A stretch of DNA of 64,000 bases from Rhizaria sp. SCN 62-66 (GCA_001724265.1 MEDY01000189.1:1-64000); one strand, 5' to 3'. Counted from the first letter of the stretch, positions 1 to 13,800 are shown. Numbers and translations: made by a program. Notes: generated by a model from the sequence alone, not told the origin.

Positions 1-2642
1 AATCCAGACGGGCCGGGCTAGCGGCGGCCGTGAACCGCCACGAGGGGGCGCTGGCCGACTTCCACGCCCTGTTGACCTCGCTCGTCGCCGCCGCACCTCC
101 CGCCACCACCACCATGAACAACAACAACAACAACAGCAGCGGCAACAGTTCTACTGCGGGCACCGGCGCTGCGAGGAGTGCCGACGGGCGGCGCCGCCGC
201 CGCCGCCGCCGCGAGCCCCGACCGGACCCGTACTCGCCGCGGCTGCTGACGCACGTCAACTACCTCTCGCGCGACGCCGCCGCTGTACTGGGCGCGCTGC
301 TGGCGCGGGCCGCCGTGGAGACGGGCTCGCCCGACGCGCTGCGGGTGCTGCGGCGGCGCACGCTCCGGGGCCCGGACAGCAGCGCCACGCACGACGTCGG
401 CGTGGGCGTCGCGCTCTCGCAGCACAGCAGCAGCAGCAGCTACAACAACAATAGCGGGCGCGGGCGCGGTCTCAGCGGGGCGAGTCCGCCGAGTGCGAGT
501 GGCGGTCTGAGTCCCGCGTTAGGTCCGAGCGCCAGCGCCAGCAGCCCGGGGTTCGGCCCTGGCGCCAGTGTGGGTAGCCCCAGCGGGTTCGTTCCCCAGT
601 CCACCGCTCCCGCTACTGCAAATGCGACTACGAGTGCTGGTGAGGCTTTGAGCAGCAGTTTGAGCGGTCTTAGTCTCGACACGGTCTCCAACGTCACCGC
701 GACGCAGTCACATCAGGCACAGGCACAGACGCAGGCGCAGGCATTGCGGTCCCACCCATCGTCGCCGTCTATGCTGCCGTCGCCGCCCCCCCGCGCTTTG
801 TCATCCTCGTCGTCGTCATTGCAAGTGCGCTCGCCCCTGGCGCTGCTGTCCCCGCGCGCCGCCGCCGCCGCGGCCGCCTCAGCACCGTACTCGCCCGCGC
901 TGTACCGCACGCACACCGCTCCCGGCCGCGCCGCCGCGGCCGCCGCCGCGGCCGCCGCGGCCGCCCAGGAGGCGTTGTTCCGCGCGGGCGGCGCGGCGGC
1001 CGCGGCCGAGGCGGCGTACCCGCTGCCCGGGACGCGGGCTGGTCGCGCGCTGCGGGCCGCCACGGGCGCTGCGGGGCCCTTCGCGCCGGTTACGGGCGCG
1101 GTGTTGGCGCAGGTCGCGGTGCCCATGCTGGCGCAGCAGCAGCAGTCTGGGAGCGGGAGTGCGAGCGACCTCGGCTCTGTGGCTGTGCCTGAGTCATCAT
1201 CTCTGTCATCGCTGTCGTCGTCGTCGCTGTCTGTGCCGACTGCGGCTGAGTTCGTTCCCGCTCCTCTCGCTGCTGCTGCGGCGGCGGCGGCGACTGCGGT
1301 GCCAGTGCCCCTGCTGCCGCCGATGCACCTGACGCGCGCGCAGAGGCTCTTGCTTGCCCCTCTCTCGACCGCGCGCCGCAACGGTAGCAGCAGCAACAGC
1401 AGCAGTAAGAGCCAGAGCCAGAGCAAGGGCCAGAGCCAGAGCCAGAGCACGGGCGAGGAGAGTCGTCCGGCGGCGAGTGATGCGATCGTGGCGAGTGGAG
1501 GTGGTTTCGACCGGAGCGCCCTCACTCCGCTGCCGTTTCCGTCGCTCGACAGCAACAACGACAACAACAACGGTCACAACAAGGACGACAAGAGCGCTGA
1601 TAGCAGCGCGAGCAGTGCCAAGAGCGCGTCTAGCGTTAGTGCCAGCGCGGGTACTACTGGTACGCGTGACACTCGCGACCACGCCGCCGGCGCTGTGATC
1701 GACTTTGCGCGCTTATACCGCGCGACCGCGAGTGCCCAGGACCTGGCCGGGGAAGCTGAGGACACGTTCGACCCCATTACATTCCACGGCCACCCTCTTA
1801 CAACGGCCGGCGACGGTGACGGCGACGGCGTCGGCCGCGAGAGCGTGTACCGCCAAGAGCCCTTCGCACTGGCGGCGCTCGAACAGCTTTACGCGCGTTC
1901 GCTCGCACCTGTCGTTGTCGCAGCTGCTCCTGCCCCTGCCCCTGCCTCTGCCTCTAGTGCTGCCTCGTCTGGCGTCCGTGGAGCCGTGGCGGCCATTCCC
2001 GAAGAAGAAGAGGAGGAGGAGGATGGGGCGCCGGGCTGGGGCGCGATGCTCGTCAGCAACGCCGCCGCCGCCTCTGCCGCCTTTGCCGCCGGTGTCGGCG
2101 CCGGTTCTGGGAGCGCCGCCGCGGGCGGTGTGCTGCTGCGGAGCCCCAGCGTGGCCCGCGGCGGCGGCGGCCAGGGGCATTACCACAGCTACAGCAACTA
2201 CAGCAGCTACAGCAGCGCGCTGAGTCCCCTCGGCTCTCCGCTCGCCGCAGCCGTCGTCGCCGCCGCCTCCAGTCTCGGCGGCATGGGCGCAAGCGGCGAT
2301 GGCGGAGATGACGAGGACGGCGAGGGTGGCTCAGACCTTGTCCCCATCACCACCCTCAGCGCTGCCGCCAACGCGATCTCCAGCACGGCGCCCCCGTGTG
2401 CTGCCACCACAACGGCAGCGGCGCCGGCGACTCCGGCTGCTGCGGTTTCTCACGAGGGCGCGGTGTGGGAGCTGGTGCCGGTGTTGGCGCGGCGCCCGGA
2501 CGCGCGCGACGAGGCGCTGGTGCTGCGCAACAGGGTCATCGCGCGCCGTATCGCCGCGCTTGCTACCGCTAGCAGCAGCAGCAGTAGCAGTAGCAGCGGT
2601 GACAATAAGAGCAAGGATAACAATGAGGAAGAGAACGCGTGA
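1..2642 (+). CDS. 3' part of a large low-complexity protein (5' end outside window); possible TPR-like helix at the visible start
   Basis: Frame is open from position 3 (SRRAGLAAAVNRHEGALADFHALL) to TGA at 2640-2642. Coding-type GC-rich composition ends sharply at the stop. Mostly Ala/Ser/Gln/Asn tracts with no firm domain. Confidence 0.75.
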   Translation, partial: SRRAGLAAAVNRHEGALADFHALLTSLVAAAPPATTTMNNNNNNSSGNSSTAGTGAARSADGRRRRRRRREPRPDPYSPRLLTHVNYLSRDAAAVLGALLARAAVETGSPDALRVLRRRTLRGPDSSATHDVGVGVALSQHSSSSSYNNNSGRGRGLSGASPPSASGGLSPALGPSASASSPGFGPGASVGSPSGFVPQSTAPATANATTSAGEALSSSLSGLSLDTVSNVTATQSHQAQAQTQAQALRSHPSSPSMLPSPPPRALSSSSSSLQVRSPLALLSPRAAAAAAASAPYSPALYRTHTAPGRAAAAAAAAAAAAQEALFRAGGAAAAAEAAYPLPGTRAGRALRAATGAAGPFAPVTGAVLAQVAVPMLAQQQQSGSGSASDLGSVAVPESSSLSSLSSSSLSVPTAAEFVPAPLAAAAAAAATAVPVPLLPPMHLTRAQRLLLAPLSTARRNGSSSNSSSKSQSQSKGQSQSQSTGEESRPAASDAIVASGGGFDRSALTPLPFPSLDSNNDNNNGHNKDDKSADSSASSAKSASSVSASAGTTGTRDTRDHAAGAVIDFARLYRATASAQDLAGEAEDTFDPITFHGHPLTTAGDGDGDGVGRESVYRQEPFALAALEQLYARSLAPVVVAAAPAPAPASASSAASSGVRGAVAAIPEEEEEEEDGAPGWGAMLVSNAAAASAAFAAGVGAGSGSAAAGGVLLRSPSVARGGGGQGHYHSYSNYSSYSSALSPLGSPLAAAVVAAASSLGGMGASGDGGDDEDGEGGSDLVPITTLSAAANAISSTAPPCAATTTAAAPATPAAAVSHEGAVWELVPVLARRPDARDEALVLRNRVIARRIAALATASSSSSSSSSGDNKSKDNNEEENA

Positions 2643-2729
2643 ACATGAGTGATTCATGTAAGAAAACGAATGCCAGACCGTGGTTGCGACAAGGATTAAT
2701 TATCAAGAGCGAACATAAGATGATTTATT

Positions 2730-3795
2730 TTATGTGTTCAGTATTACGCACGTACATAGTTTAATCATGTAGAAATCAGTTAGCCCAGCTACATGGCCCT
2801 TCTTGGAACGCCAGTCTGGATATGACGCAGCAACTTGAGCAACTCGTTGTCGGTCAAGAATAAAATCAAATTGTAAACCATGAAGTAAAAAGCCATCAGT
2901 AATCTTCTTCGGCAAATCAGATGGTGCACAGGCCGAGATTTTCGGCTCAAAAGCGGATAGTCTTGGCTTGGTCTCTTTAGCATGCTTACCGTCGTTGTTG
3001 TCGTTATTCATGCCACTAACCTTGGTGCGTCGCCGCCGATTGCGAACCTGATTTTACTGAGCAATATCGCCCACCATGGATACCACAAGCTTGTGGAGCA
3101 TGATCACAGGGTCGGACGTCACTTTACGTCGAATCAACTTCTCGAGAGTCTCCCTGTCGCCCGCTGCAAAGAAAGCTGCCAGGAACACGTTGCGCGGTTC
3201 AACACCTTCAGCCAGTACGGCTGGGTCAGGGCTCGTATCCCCTGACTTGATCAGGGGTCGCACTGCCTCGCACACTACAAGTGGCAGTTGGAGCGGTGTA
3301 GAGGTATCCGCAACAGCAGCACCGTACTTGTGTGCAAAACCGCAGGGCACCATACTCAAGCAGTGTCAGCGCCACAGCAAACCGGGACTGATTGACATCT
3401 TTGGCTGGGACCGCCTCTAGCATGCTGATGATTATCTTAGAGAGATTCTCGCTCGTCGTGTCAAAAAAGTACCATGGTGGTTCGCTCCGCAGTTTCATTT
3501 CCAGACGCCCAACGACAACTTGGAAATCGACATAGTTTTTAGAGAGTACCCCGTTGGCACAGTGCTGATGTATCCCCGCTGCGCTGTTCCTAACGAGCCT
3601 GTCTGAAAACCACGGTTTGCATGATACGCCGTGGTTCATTAACATTGTTTTCAAGCCATGCCCAATGAACCTGCTGCGCGGTGCCATGCCCGCCGGCCGC
3701 GTCACGTCTTGCGTGCCAGGGAAGAATGCAACGTACCACACGGACAATGAAAAACCTTCGGATAGTCCCTTTAGAGCTCCAGTATTGCGGCGCCT
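2730..3795 (-). pseudogene. Broken ORF of atypical composition (pseudogene or viral/TE relic)
   Basis: ORFs 3226-3747, 3054-3359 and 2730-3011 chain together through one frameshift near 3340-3365 and one in-frame TAA (3054-3056). GC is lower than host exons and there is no low-complexity padding. No family recognised. Confidence 0.35.
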
Positions 3796-5323
3796 TTAGA
3801 CGTTCTTACGCACCACTGAGAGATGTCGGACTGACAATATCAAGGCTTAGGTGTCCAAGTGTGATGATACGTACGTGACTACATTTGACATTGAGCACTC
3901 TTACTTGCATCAAGACAACTGCAACTTGGCACAACGGAATGTTCACAAAGACAATATAAGACTGCCGTGTATTGTTATGCCAATGAAAGCACACAAATAG
4001 CCGCACTGTGAACAGACCTGCGTGGATCAATCGAGGAAATTGCCAGGCAGGCAATGAGGGCTAGACAGACCGACAATGCAAGTGCTCGCGACTGGCGGAG
4101 AGTGAAAGAAGTCAAGCAGAGCTGGTGAACAGCTGTGCAGAATAGTATGTTACAAACACAAGTCATATAAGACATAAGAGTAATCGAGTCCAGATGATAA
4201 GTGGTGATTGTTTTGTTGCTTGTTGTCACGGCTGGCGCGCAGTAAAACGACACATTGCCGCGGCGTGAACAGAGCAATAGCAACGGAAAAATGACGGGTT
4301 TGGTCTAGTGATTGATGATAGGAGTGAAAGACTGGTGGTAACACGGAGTGGGTGTGGTGATATGATATATCTTTTTAAGGGCACGGTGTTTCACGTCTGT
4401 TTTAGCATGCATGTGACTGTAGGACGTAGAAATCACCGCGACAATGGTGGCGAGAGTGACAGTGATATGTGACTTTGATTGCGGCAGTAGCACTAGCTAA
4501 GTGTTGTGCCCGTGACCAAAGCGCACGAAACAATGTGAGGCTGACGTTTCGTGTCCTATTCGAACGTGATAGTTTAGTTTGTGTTTGAGCTAACCCTTTT
4601 AAATACACAGTGACGCAAACGCAAATAGTTTGCACGCATGAGCGCGTGAATTACAATTGTAGTGTGTTCGTCCCGATTGAAGTAGTGACGGTGTAATCGA
4701 ATCGAGGACGGGAAAAAAAGAGTGCGTTAGCGTGCAATTCTTAAGTGCAACACGCTTGAATTAATGGGGAGGTGTAAGGAGGAAGGAAAATTGACACAAG
4801 TGTCAAAACAGTAGGAGCGAAGTCGACGGATGATTCATTCGTTTGAAGCAACAAACTAAGAACAATAATTTCGTGATATACAAAAAAAACATATTTTCTA
4901 AGGAAAGCAAAGTAAGGCTGGAGACAGAATCAAAGAGGTGTGGCAAACCCAGATTAGATAAATGATGAATGTTAACAGACAGAGAGCAAGATAAACGATG
5001 ATAGGACAAATCAAAGGGATAAAAAACACATATTTTCACAAAGGAGCACGTCTGCAAAAAACAACAACATAAATTCAAACACAATGCTGCTGTTGCTAGT
5101 CTGATATTGCGGTCAGCACCGACAGTGGAGCATACCACGACACTTGACACATGACGTTGAGTAAAACGTCCGCAAATATGCGAAAATATACAAGAGCAAC
5201 TAAACATAACAAATAAAGAAGCAGACGCATTTAAAGCGATTGTTAATAGTTGCTGCAACGCAACAGTGACGTGAAATGACTCTGGACGAAGATAGAATAA
5301 GCATGGAGTTGGCATCGTGCTCG

Positions 5324-7075
5324 TTAGTTACTGCCATCACGGTCACTTGACTTGACAAACACGGCGATGAAGAGCCCCGACGTGCCGCAGTAGGGGTCGA
5401 AGCGCACCGCGTTGGCGCTCACTTGCGCATACGCCCACCGCCACGCGGCCTCGCTCTCGGGCTCACGGTCACCCTCACGGTCGCTCGCGTCCCTGTTGTG
5501 CTGCTGCTGCTGCTGCGTCGCGGCGGGGTGAGCGGTGGCCCAGCTCAAGATCTCCGCCCTGCGCCGGGGGCAGTCCAGGCAAGGAAAAGGCGTCGCCCGC
5601 ACGCGCGCGCGCTCGTCGGCGCTCAGAACCGGCGCCCCCAGCGCGCGGCGGAACAGCAGCGGCGGGTACAGCTGCTGCTGGGATTGCTGAGACTGTGATG
5701 TCGCAAGAGCCTCCGCTGACACTGACTGCGACTGCGACTCGCCGCCTTCGCTGTTGCTACTGTTGCTGCCGTTGCCGTTGCCGTTGTCAGTGTTGTCGGT
5801 GTTGGCGGGTAGCTCGAGCAGCCTGATGGGGGCGGGCAGCGCGAGCGGGACGACGCGCGCGTCCGCGCAGTGCAGCAGAAGCCACGCCGCCACGTCCTCG
5901 TTCTGCCGCTGCGAGAAGGAGCAGGTGCTGTACACCAGCCGGTGCGCGCAGCGGTCACCCGCGGCGCCGCCGGCGTCGGTGTCGCGGACGGCGTTGGCGA
6001 ACTCGTACTCGCACTCGTCGTGATCCTCTTCCACGTCAGTCACGCCGCTCACCGCACTCGTACTCGCACTCGCGCCGGTCACGCCAGCGGCGGCCGTGGC
6101 AGCGGCGCCAGCAGCGAGGGCGCGCGTCACTGCGGCCCGGGTTGAGGGCGCGAGCAGGGCGAATCCGCGGCGGAGCAGCGCGCGCTGCAGCAGCGGCAGC
6201 GACTGCACCTGTTCGTCGCTGCACACGTGCGTGTCCAGCCCCGTCACAGCCCCGCCGCTGGCGGTGCTCTTGGTCGCGGCGCTCGCGGCGCTGGCGCTGG
6301 CCTGCTTGCTCTTGGCGACTTTGACGACGTGTTTAAGCGACCCGTCGTGCGTGCACTCGGCGTCGACCATCACGCCCTCGTAGAGCCCGCTCGCGCTGCT
6401 GTGCAGCACGCCGTCCCGGCCCCCGCTCAGAGCAGCAGCAGCACTGGCGCCATTGTCTGCCTCAGCGGCAGCGGCGGCCTCAGTGGCAGCGGTGGCGGCA
6501 GTAAGCGCTCTGTGCCGGGCGTGCGCTCCCGCGAGCACTTCGTCGCGCGTTACCAGCTCCCGCTGCGCGCCGCCGCCGCCGCCGCCGCCGCAACTACTAC
6601 TGGCACTGGCGCTGAAGCTGCCGGCGGCGCCGTCGGGCCCCGCGGTGCGGAACTTGACGCTGTGTTCCTGGAGCGCGCGCGCAACGAACGCGCGGCGCAT
6701 CGCCTTCTCGGCACCACCGCGCCCGACGGCCGCGGGGGAACCCCCCCCACCGCCGCCGCCGCCGCCGCTGGCGCCAGCGGTGGCGGCGTTCTGGGCAGCG
6801 GTGTTGTTGCCGCGGCCGCCAGTTCCTACGCTTGTGGAGACGGCGGTGGGAACGAAAGGCAGAGCGGGCGCGTTGCGGCCGCAGCCTGTGCTGCCACTGG
6901 AGCTGTCGCAGTGCGAGATGAGAGGGTGTCCGTGCGCGTATGCGAGCGCTAGCGCGGTCGCGGGGGGCAGCGCGGGGGAGGTGCAGTCGTACTGGGCCAG
7001 GCCGGGCAGCCAGGACCAATAGGCCGGCAGCAGCGATGCGTTGCCAATGCCGCCACCGCCGCCGCCGCCGCCGCC

Positions 7076-7110
<35 letters not shown>

Positions 7111-9832
7111 CGAGGTCGGCCAGGCCGGCGACTCTACTGAGCGCCCGGCCGCCGCGCGCAGCCATGGGCAGCAGCGCGGGGCTGTTGCTGTTGCTGTCGC
7201 CGCGACTGCTGTCGCCGCTGCTGCTGCTACTGCTGCCGCTGGCGCCACCGTCGTGGAACCGGGCCGGGGGCGCGGCGTAGCGCGCGCGCTTGCCAGTGCC
7301 AGCGCCAGAGTGGGCGTGACCGTGGGCGCTAGAGTTGCGGTCACCGCTCGCACCGCTGGCCGGAGCCATGGAGGCGGCGCGGCGGGCACTGGCCGCCCTG
7401 CCAGGACCGATCGACGCAGCAGCAGCTGTGACGGTAGCGTCCGCGTCTCTCGAGGAGCCGGGGGCCGCGTCCGCAGCGGCGTCCGCAGCGGCGTCCGCGG
7501 CCTCGGCGCGTGGCGCGAGTGCGGGCGAGGATGCGGCGTTGTCGCCGTTGATGTTGCTGCTGCTGTTGTTGCTGGTGTTTCTAGCCGGTGTTGCGCGCAG
7601 CTTGGAGTCTAAGTAAGCCCTGAGAGCGTCCAAGTAAATGCCCGGCTCGTACGCAGTCCCAGCCGTCCCAGCCTTCGCTGCCACTGACGACGACAAGGCC
7701 CAAACCGCACTGACATGACTCGCTCTCGCGCCGCCGCCGCTGCCGCCACCGCCGCCGCGGGCGAGCACGGCGTGGTAGGGCGAGGGCGCGGCAACCTCCC
7801 AGGCGCCCGAGAGCCAGACGGGCGCAAAGGGCACCCGCAGCACGGGCGACAGGTGCGCGCGCAGCAGCGGCGAAGCGGGCAGCAGCAGCGCGCGCGCGGC
7901 CGCGCTGTCGCGGTCGCCCGATATCGCGGGGCTCACCCCGGCGGCGGCTGCGGCGGCTGCGGCGGCCGCGGCCACGGCCGAGGCGGCGGCTGACGCAGAG
8001 GCGGCCGCCGCGGAGGCCGAGGCGTAGGCGACGGAGACAGCGGCGGCGGCTGCAGTCAGAAAGACGTCTGGAACCCTCTCCGCATCACCGCCGCTGCTAC
8101 CGCTGCTACCGCTGTTGATGCTGCTGCTGCTGTTGCTGGTGGGGATAACGGTGTTGTTGGCCGCTGCGGCCGCTGCGGCGGTAGCGGCCGCGAGTGCCGC
8201 CAGCGAGGGCGCGTCGACCCAGGCGTGCGTAGCGACGGCGGCGGCGACGGCGGCGCACACCGCCGCGATAGCGCTCACCGGCGGCGACGGCGACGGGGCT
8301 TGCGCCGCGGCGCTGCGCGGCGCAAGGATGCCGCGGACCGCGTTGGCGACGAGGAGAGACGCCGCCTGCTGACTCAGAACGCCGTGACCGCCGTCGCCGG
8401 CGCCGCCGGCGCTCGAGCTGGCGCCGATGTGGCCGCTATTGGGCCCGCTGCGGCCGGTGCCGTAGATGGCCAGCCGCGAAGTCGGCGGCGGCGGGGGAAA
8501 GGCAAAGCTGCAGCCGTCGGCCCGGAAGAGGCGCGCGTTGGGCACGCGGTAGCGGGTAAGTACCCCCTTACACGTCGCGAGCCGGTGCGTCGAGATGTCG
8601 ACGCCGGTCACTGTCCCGGCCGCTACAACCGCCACGGCGCTCGCGTCAGCGCTGTCGCCGCTGTTGCCGCGAGTGCCGCTGCGGCACGGCAGGGCCCGGG
8701 CCGGCGCGCGGCGCCAGTGGCGCGCCCAGGAGCCCAGCCCGGCGTCGGCCGCGCAGCGCTCGTGCGCGGGCGCGGGTGTGCGAGAGGAGGCGCCCTTCGC
8801 GTTGCCCGTGTCAGCGCCAGTGCCGCTGCTGTTGCCGTTGCTGTCGGGGCCGCCGCTGTTGCCGTTGCTGAGGGCGAGCGCTGAGAGCGCGGCGAGCGCG
8901 CGCGGCGGCGTGAGCAGGAGGTCCGCGGCGAGCGTGAGCTTGGCGCCCGGCGCGCAGCAGAGGTCCAGCAGCTGCGCCGTGGGGCGCGGGCGCAGCGCGA
9001 AGACGCACACGGCCGAGGCCAGGTCGATGCCGTAGATCTGCGGTGTAATATCATTAGAGATGAAGATGTTGTCGCGGGGTGTGGGGGGAGGGGAGGGGGG
9101 GGGGGGGGGGGGGGGGGGGGAGGTGGAGATAACACACATAGATGGCAAATAAAAGAGTTGGTGATAAGACGTGTCAAGATCTTTTGAATTATATCCCCTA
9201 ACGAGTCAGCGCATATCAATAGCTTTTGGTTTTGCGATCGATCGATGATAAGGCGTGACTGGTGGCTACCTGCGCTGTTTGCGCGTCGACGTACCTGTGC
9301 GTGCGTGTACGCGTGCGTGCGCGCGATGGAGGCGGCGGCGGGCAGCGCGAGGAAGCTGGGTAGCGGCGCGGCGGCGAGGACTCGGCAGCCGGGCAGCGGG
9401 CGCCAGGGCAGCGCCTCAAGCGCGGGCCACGCCGCGGCGGGGACGGACTGCGCCAGCTGCGCGTCGAGCAGCGCCAGGTCGGGCAAGTGCTGCGGGTTCA
9501 GGCGGATGAAGCGCGGGACCGTCTCCGCGAAGCTGGGGGCGCGCGAGAGCAGGAAACAGATGGAACATGAAGTGACAAGTGGTGATATGAGGTGGGGTGG
9601 TGGTACGGCAAAGGTTGACTGTACTTTGGGCTTTTTGGCGAGAGAAAAGACAAGAAGCGTACTCGTAAACGGCGGGGTCGATTGCGTTTTGGCGCAAAAA
9701 CTCAAGGTAGCGCGGGGTGAGCGAGAGAGACTGTTGCTGCGACAGCGCCTGCGACTGTTGCGGAGGGGCGGCGGCCTGCGACAGCACGGCGAGGGAGCCA
9801 CCAGGCGCGGCAGGGGCAAGGTGCGAGTCCAT
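5324..9832 (-). CDS. NOL1/NOP2/Sun (RsmB/NSUN) family RNA m5C methyltransferase, 3 exons
   Basis: Exons 9832-9663, 9532-9295 and 9037-5324 join in frame; stop is TAA. Motifs: RFIRLN, IYGIDLAS, LDLCCAPGAK (SAM binding), TGVDIS, VMVDAECTHDG (motif IV), LVYSTCSFSQRQNEDV (motif VI), GTSGLFIA. Large low-complexity inserts lie between motifs. Confidence 0.92.
9083..9120 (+). repeat. Poly-G tract inside methyltransferase intron 2
   Basis: GGGGGGAGGGGA followed by about 26 consecutive G (poly-C on the transcribed strand). Confidence 0.9.
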
Positions 9833-10858
9833 GCGGATGGTAGCACGGGAGGAAAAAAGAGGAAGCTGGGAGTGCTGGAGCAAGGTCTGGCAGGGTGCGC
9901 GCGATTTCGGGAACTGTTTAACAGAAACAAGTGTGGGGCCACTGACGTGGCTTCTAGTGGGACATAAACAGAGTGGTTAGAAAGCGTTATTTAGTGTGAT
10001 GTGAGATCAAGTAATTTCAGGACAAGACATATGTTTCTAGCGCGATTGTCGATCAAGATATGACGAGCAGGCACTGAACAAGTGGTGTGAAACTGGGACT
10101 CCGCCCAGCTTCTTTACCGTACAGAGCCGAAGCCAACTGGACGCTATAAAGCATAAAACAAGCTGTTGATATCAAGGCTTGACAATAAATACAGGAATTT
10201 CGTGGCAATTTCAATCTTCACAAGCGAATCACGCCCGTGGACATCGCGCATTTGAATAGCGTGATGGTTCCGTTGTGGACGTGGACACATAGCCACAGTG
10301 TGCGAGAGCGACAGCCGCTCCCAAACCCAACGCACGCTCAATGTCCGCCATTTCAGCGCATCAGAACATGAGTACAGATTTAATGCGGATATTTAAAACG
10401 TATTTACTTAGTGGTATCCATGCAGCGTGCGTCTGGGTTGAGATATCTTTGCGTAAGTGACGTTGCTGTCGCCTTCGTGAAGTTCCCCCTCGCTCACAGT
10501 CAGTTTTTGGTAAACACTACAAAATGTGGATATTTCAAGTATCCTAACAAGATACGAGATCACACGTTGAATATGCTATTTAACACACTTAGAATTTATG
10601 TGATGACAAATTATTTTGCCTCTGGCATGACACTATACCCGATTTTGAGTTAGGAATGAGTTTCCAACCAATTCAGCCACGCCCCCTTGTCGACGTCGCA
10701 CGCCTTTCTAAACGTCCTTCCTACGCTTCATATTCTCCGTCAGCCGCAGTGTGACCGCACGTCCACGAAATTTGCTTACTTTTCTATCAAATTTCTTTAT
10801 AAAAATCCATTACACCATCACCCTGGCGCAGGCCCGCGACTCGCGTTGCCCTGCAACG

Positions 10859-13800
10859 ATGCGGTTTCTCAATGGCGTCATCACGCTCTTGGCACTGGCC
10901 TACAGCGCCACGCTGGCCGTCGCCGAGTGTCCCGACGCCACCACAATTTCTATCACGAGCATGGACCGCACCCTGCTTTACACCACGCTCGCGCAGCCTA
11001 CGCAGCTCACGCTGACGGGCTGCAACCTCGTCCCTCCTGCCCCGGCACTGGGTGACAGCAGCCAAACCAACGGTTCTGCCGCCGCCGCGAGCGGTAACAG
11101 CGCCCACAACGGCCGCAGCGTCTCCGGCACACTTTTGCCCGTGTCCGCGGACCCCGTCACGGTTACCGTGACCGTCGGCGGCATTACCTGCACCCCCATC
11201 GTCGCCTTTTCCACCCCCACCACAAACGCTGCCGCTGCCACTGCCGACGCTGATGCTGCTGCTGCTGGCGCCGCTGGCGCTGCTGTTGCTGCGGGCGTGG
11301 AGTCCACCTTCGTGTGCACGCTTCCCGCGGGCCCACTGAAGCCGACGAGCACGGCGGCGTCCGTGTTCAACTCGGCGACGGGCGCGCTGCTCTTCACCGA
11401 GCGCGAGGCCGTGACGTTTCACACGCCCGTCTTCTCCCACATCCTGCCGCGCGTCGTCGCCAACGCAGGCTGCTCACTGCGCCTCGGTCTCTCGGGGCTG
11501 GTCCGCGCGACGGACCCGATGCTGCGCTACGCGGTCACACTCGCGGGGCTGGAGGCCTCGCTGCAGGTCGTCGGCGAGTACTACCTCACCGTCAAGGCGG
11601 CCAAACTGCCCGAGGGGCAGGAGGAGGCCATTGGCGCCGTCGTCGTCGTCGACACCATCTACAACGAGACCATAATCGACACCGACGCCAAGCGCTCCCC
11701 ATATCTCGCTGACGTCGCTGACTCCACTGGCTCGGGCTCTGGCGCCGACGAGAGCGTTGATGGCGTGAACGGCGGCTACGCGATTGCGATCCGTCGCCTG
11801 ACGCAGTACATCAGCGCGGTGACGCCCAACTGGGCCTTCGCGAAGCTGGCGGACCCAGTGCGCATCGAGCTCGCGGTCAAAGAGATCGCCACGGTCGTCT
11901 CCGTCACCGTCTCGGGGCTGCCGTGCACAGACGTGCAGCGGCCGAACTTGTTCACCGTCACCTGTCTGCTCTCGGAGTGCCCAGAGGACGGCGACTGCGT
12001 GGGGCCCAAGCCGGAGGGAATTGTGCTCAAGTACAAAGAGGAGGAGACGCCCACGGGACTCGTACGCCGTCAAAACACTTAAACGCCTTCATTGAGCACA
12101 TATATCACATACTTCAAGTAAAAAAGAGGATATAATGCATAATCAGAGTACTTTCTTATCTTATCCAAGTAATGTTTTTTAAATCTGTTCACATTCTCAC
12201 GATATGTCTCATTTTATAATATTTCTGTTCTCTCTGACTCATGTTTAGAGTCTGAATGCTCGCGAGGATGATGACGACGTCAAGACCGTTACTTTCTACT
12301 TCCAGTATATCCGCACGCCGATCCTGCGCGCCGAGGCGCCACTGTTTCCCTCGGCCTCGTTCCCGGGCAACTACGCGCACCGCGTGACAGTGCACTTCGA
12401 GGAGAACTCGCTCGACGCTTCCGTCCCCATGAAGCTCTACGTCGGAGACCAGGTACGTGTCACATAAGTCAAATTAGATAACGTTGATGATATCGACTAA
12501 CCCGGCTGAAATTACTCTATAGCATAGATAATATATGTTTATATTGTAAAAATAGCTTTTTACATCGATCGTGACTCATTAACTCACATATAATCTTTGT
12601 TATACTTTGCTCCTCTTTATTACCACAGTCAATCTGCTCCTGCGCGCTCGTCTACCCCTGGGCGCTGCACTTCTTGCTGGATCCCACGAGCTACGAGGGC
12701 AACCTGCCCCTGTCGATCATGCTTTCGGACGGCCTCACGCGCGGCTATGACATCGCCGGCGGCATCACCTTCGAGCCCCCCGCGCCCGCGCCGGCCGTCA
12801 CGCTGCTCAAGCCCAATACCATCGCGCCCCAGGTACGTCCAACTGCGAGAACAATATCTTCGTTTTATTTCAAGTTATTTTTTGTTTAATTTTGTCCATC
12901 TCAGTCTTCTACCTGCTCTCAAGATAATCTTCTGATGTTCATTAATGGAATTCATTCTCTTTCAACTTGCCTCAAACTCTACTTAGGCCGACAACTTAGA
13001 TTCGACTGTGATCGATATCGTCGGCTACGGCTACGCTGACGTGCCCCGCCTTACCCACAAGTCCACCTCGGAGCCCTGCGGCACAGGCGGCTTGACTTCC
13101 TCCACCCCCGCGACCGTGGGCTCAACGACGGTGGTGCGCTTCGGCATCCCGCGTCTGCGTGTCATGTCGCGTGACGGCAACGTGTTGCTGCTCAAAGACG
13201 CGCCGCTGACGGCCGTGCCGGGCCCCTTTGGTGCGGCGCGGCCCGTGCTGACCAACGGCACGCTGGTGCACGTCGCGCACTGCACGACCACGCCCAGCGG
13301 CTGCGTGCCGGGCGCCTACGCCGTGCGCGGCTATGACGCCAAAGACAACGTCGTTACCACGCCCGCGGCGGGCGGCTGCACCGGCGCCGATGTCGTCACC
13401 GTTGCCACTGCCGACTCGCCCTCGGCGCGCGTAGCCGTGCGCATTGCCGCCGTGTACAGCGACGCCGCGCGCGACGCGGGCAAAGACGCTTTCTGGGCCG
13501 CGGTGGACGCGGCCACGGCGCCTGGCGCGGCGGGCGAGCGGTTCAACCTGCGGATCGTGAACCAGGGCCTCAGCGCGGCCAGCAAGAGTGAGAGCTACCT
13601 CCACCTCATCGTCACCGGCGGCAGCAGCCGGAACAGCAAGGCCAAGACCGCTGCTGCTGCTGCTAGCAAGGACGATGACGACGAGGACGAGGACACTCCG
13701 GCCAAGGAGCTTGCGGAGGACTTCATGAAGACTTTCTTCAAGGTAAGATAGCAAGATGAAGAATTCATTTTTCACATATTTAAGTTTGTTTTATTATTAA

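Noticed and set aside
4550-4600. Possible suppressor tRNA(CUA): TAGCTCA..CTAAA..GTTCGAAT on the minus strand
   Set aside because: Spacing is too short and no acceptor, anticodon or T stems form. I found no convincing tRNA anywhere in the window.
9083-9120. Poly-G as a functional G-quadruplex
   Set aside because: It cannot be distinguished from a homopolymer or sequencing artefact, and it lies in an intron.
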